DNA from: Candidatus Woesearchaeota archaeon
GTDB taxonomy: Archaea; Nanobdellota; Nanobdellia; Pacearchaeales; GW2011-AR1
Direction of reading: 5' to 3'
Assembly (NCBI GenBank): GCA_964514585.1
Contig: CAZETU010000004.1
Location: 10,031 to 74,030 of the forward strand
Length of the DNA stretch: 64,000 bases
This document shows, in pieces, positions 63,634-64,000 of this stretch. The position numbers were made by a program, and so were the translations under genes. Every line of letters begins with the position of its first letter. Position 1 is the first letter of the stretch. Below the pieces are notes generated by a model. The model saw nothing but the letters and a program-made list of their open reading frames with translations. It was not told where the DNA came from and ran no database searches.

Positions 63634-64000
63634 ATGACACTAACAATAGACGAAATGGCAAATTTCTGTAAAAGAAAAGGATTCATCTACCCATCCGCAG
63701 AAATCTACGGCGGACTAGCAGGATTCTGGGACTTCGGACCATTAGGAAGCGAATTAAAAAAGAACATCAAAGACTCATGGTGGAAATACCACGTTCACAC
63801 AAGAGAAGACATGGTTGGAATCGACGGTGCAATAATCACAAACCCAAAAGTATGGGAAGCCTCAGGCCACGTTGAAAATTTCTGCGATGTAGCAGTAGTT
63901 TGCAAAAAATGCAAAAACAAATTTAAAGTCGACGAATCAGAACTTGAAAAAGCAGTCTGCGATAAATGCGGCGGAGAAATAGAATCAAAAGGAAAGTTCA
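63634..64000 (+). CDS. glyS: glycyl-tRNA synthetase (archaeal/eukaryotic type), N-terminal part running off the right edge
   Basis: Manual translation: MTLTIDEMANFCKRKGFIYPSAEIYGGLAGFWDFGPLGSELKKNIKDSWWKYHV... The FxxPSxEIYGGLxGFxDxGPLG pattern is the GlyRS N-terminus. Confidence 0.85.
   Translation, partial: MTLTIDEMANFCKRKGFIYPSAEIYGGLAGFWDFGPLGSELKKNIKDSWWKYHVHTREDMVGIDGAIITNPKVWEASGHVENFCDVAVVCKKCKNKFKVDESELEKAVCDKCGGEIESKGKF

Overview
This is an AT-rich archaeal segment. The coding strand is strongly purine-rich, which is why almost every real gene carries long low-complexity antisense ORFs in the track. Archaeal identity is shown directly by the rpoH-rpoB-rpoA-rpl30e-nusA-rps12-rps7-EF2-EF1alpha block. 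Archaeal DnaG, RFC small and large subunits, EndA, Alba, S17e, an Sm protein, ABCE1 and RNase Z confirm it. The reduced protein sizes, many small membrane or Cys-rich secreted proteins and heavy investment in nucleotide salvage suggest a small-genome, DPANN-like organism, but that is inference only. About 85% of genes are on the minus strand. I found nine tRNA genes by hand: Thr-CGU, Leu-UAA, two Met-CAU, Lys-UUU, Gln-CUG, Cys-GCA, Arg-UCU and one disrupted Cys-like copy. I saw no rRNA, CRISPR array or obvious mobile element. Main blocks: (a) 1.9-7.6 kb, a copper/thiol-redox cluster; (b) 11.2-15.2 kb, a PHP phosphoesterase followed by an SMC-type ATPase whose hinge is replaced by a CxxC zinc hook; (c) 23.8-37.1 kb, the translation/transcription core cluster with a single fused rpoA; (d) 37.2 kb, an LpxC-like deacetylase; (e) 38.4-49.8 kb, a dense dNTP/thymidylate cluster (dcd-like, nudix, DUF1653-dut, DUF1653, nrdG, nrdD, nrdR, glyA, tmk-thyX fusion, tmk, DNPH1-like). 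Most notable findings: NrdD has its glycyl-radical motif out of frame behind a PAE-rich insertion. A bacterial-type NrdR sits behind two tandem NrdR boxes. The hook-SMC/PHP pair may be a nuclease/ATPase module. Several duplication scars are visible (dut 3' end, rnz 3' end, DUF1653, tRNA-Cys). No computation or database search was possible. All homology calls come from motif recognition in the supplied translations or my own manual translations.
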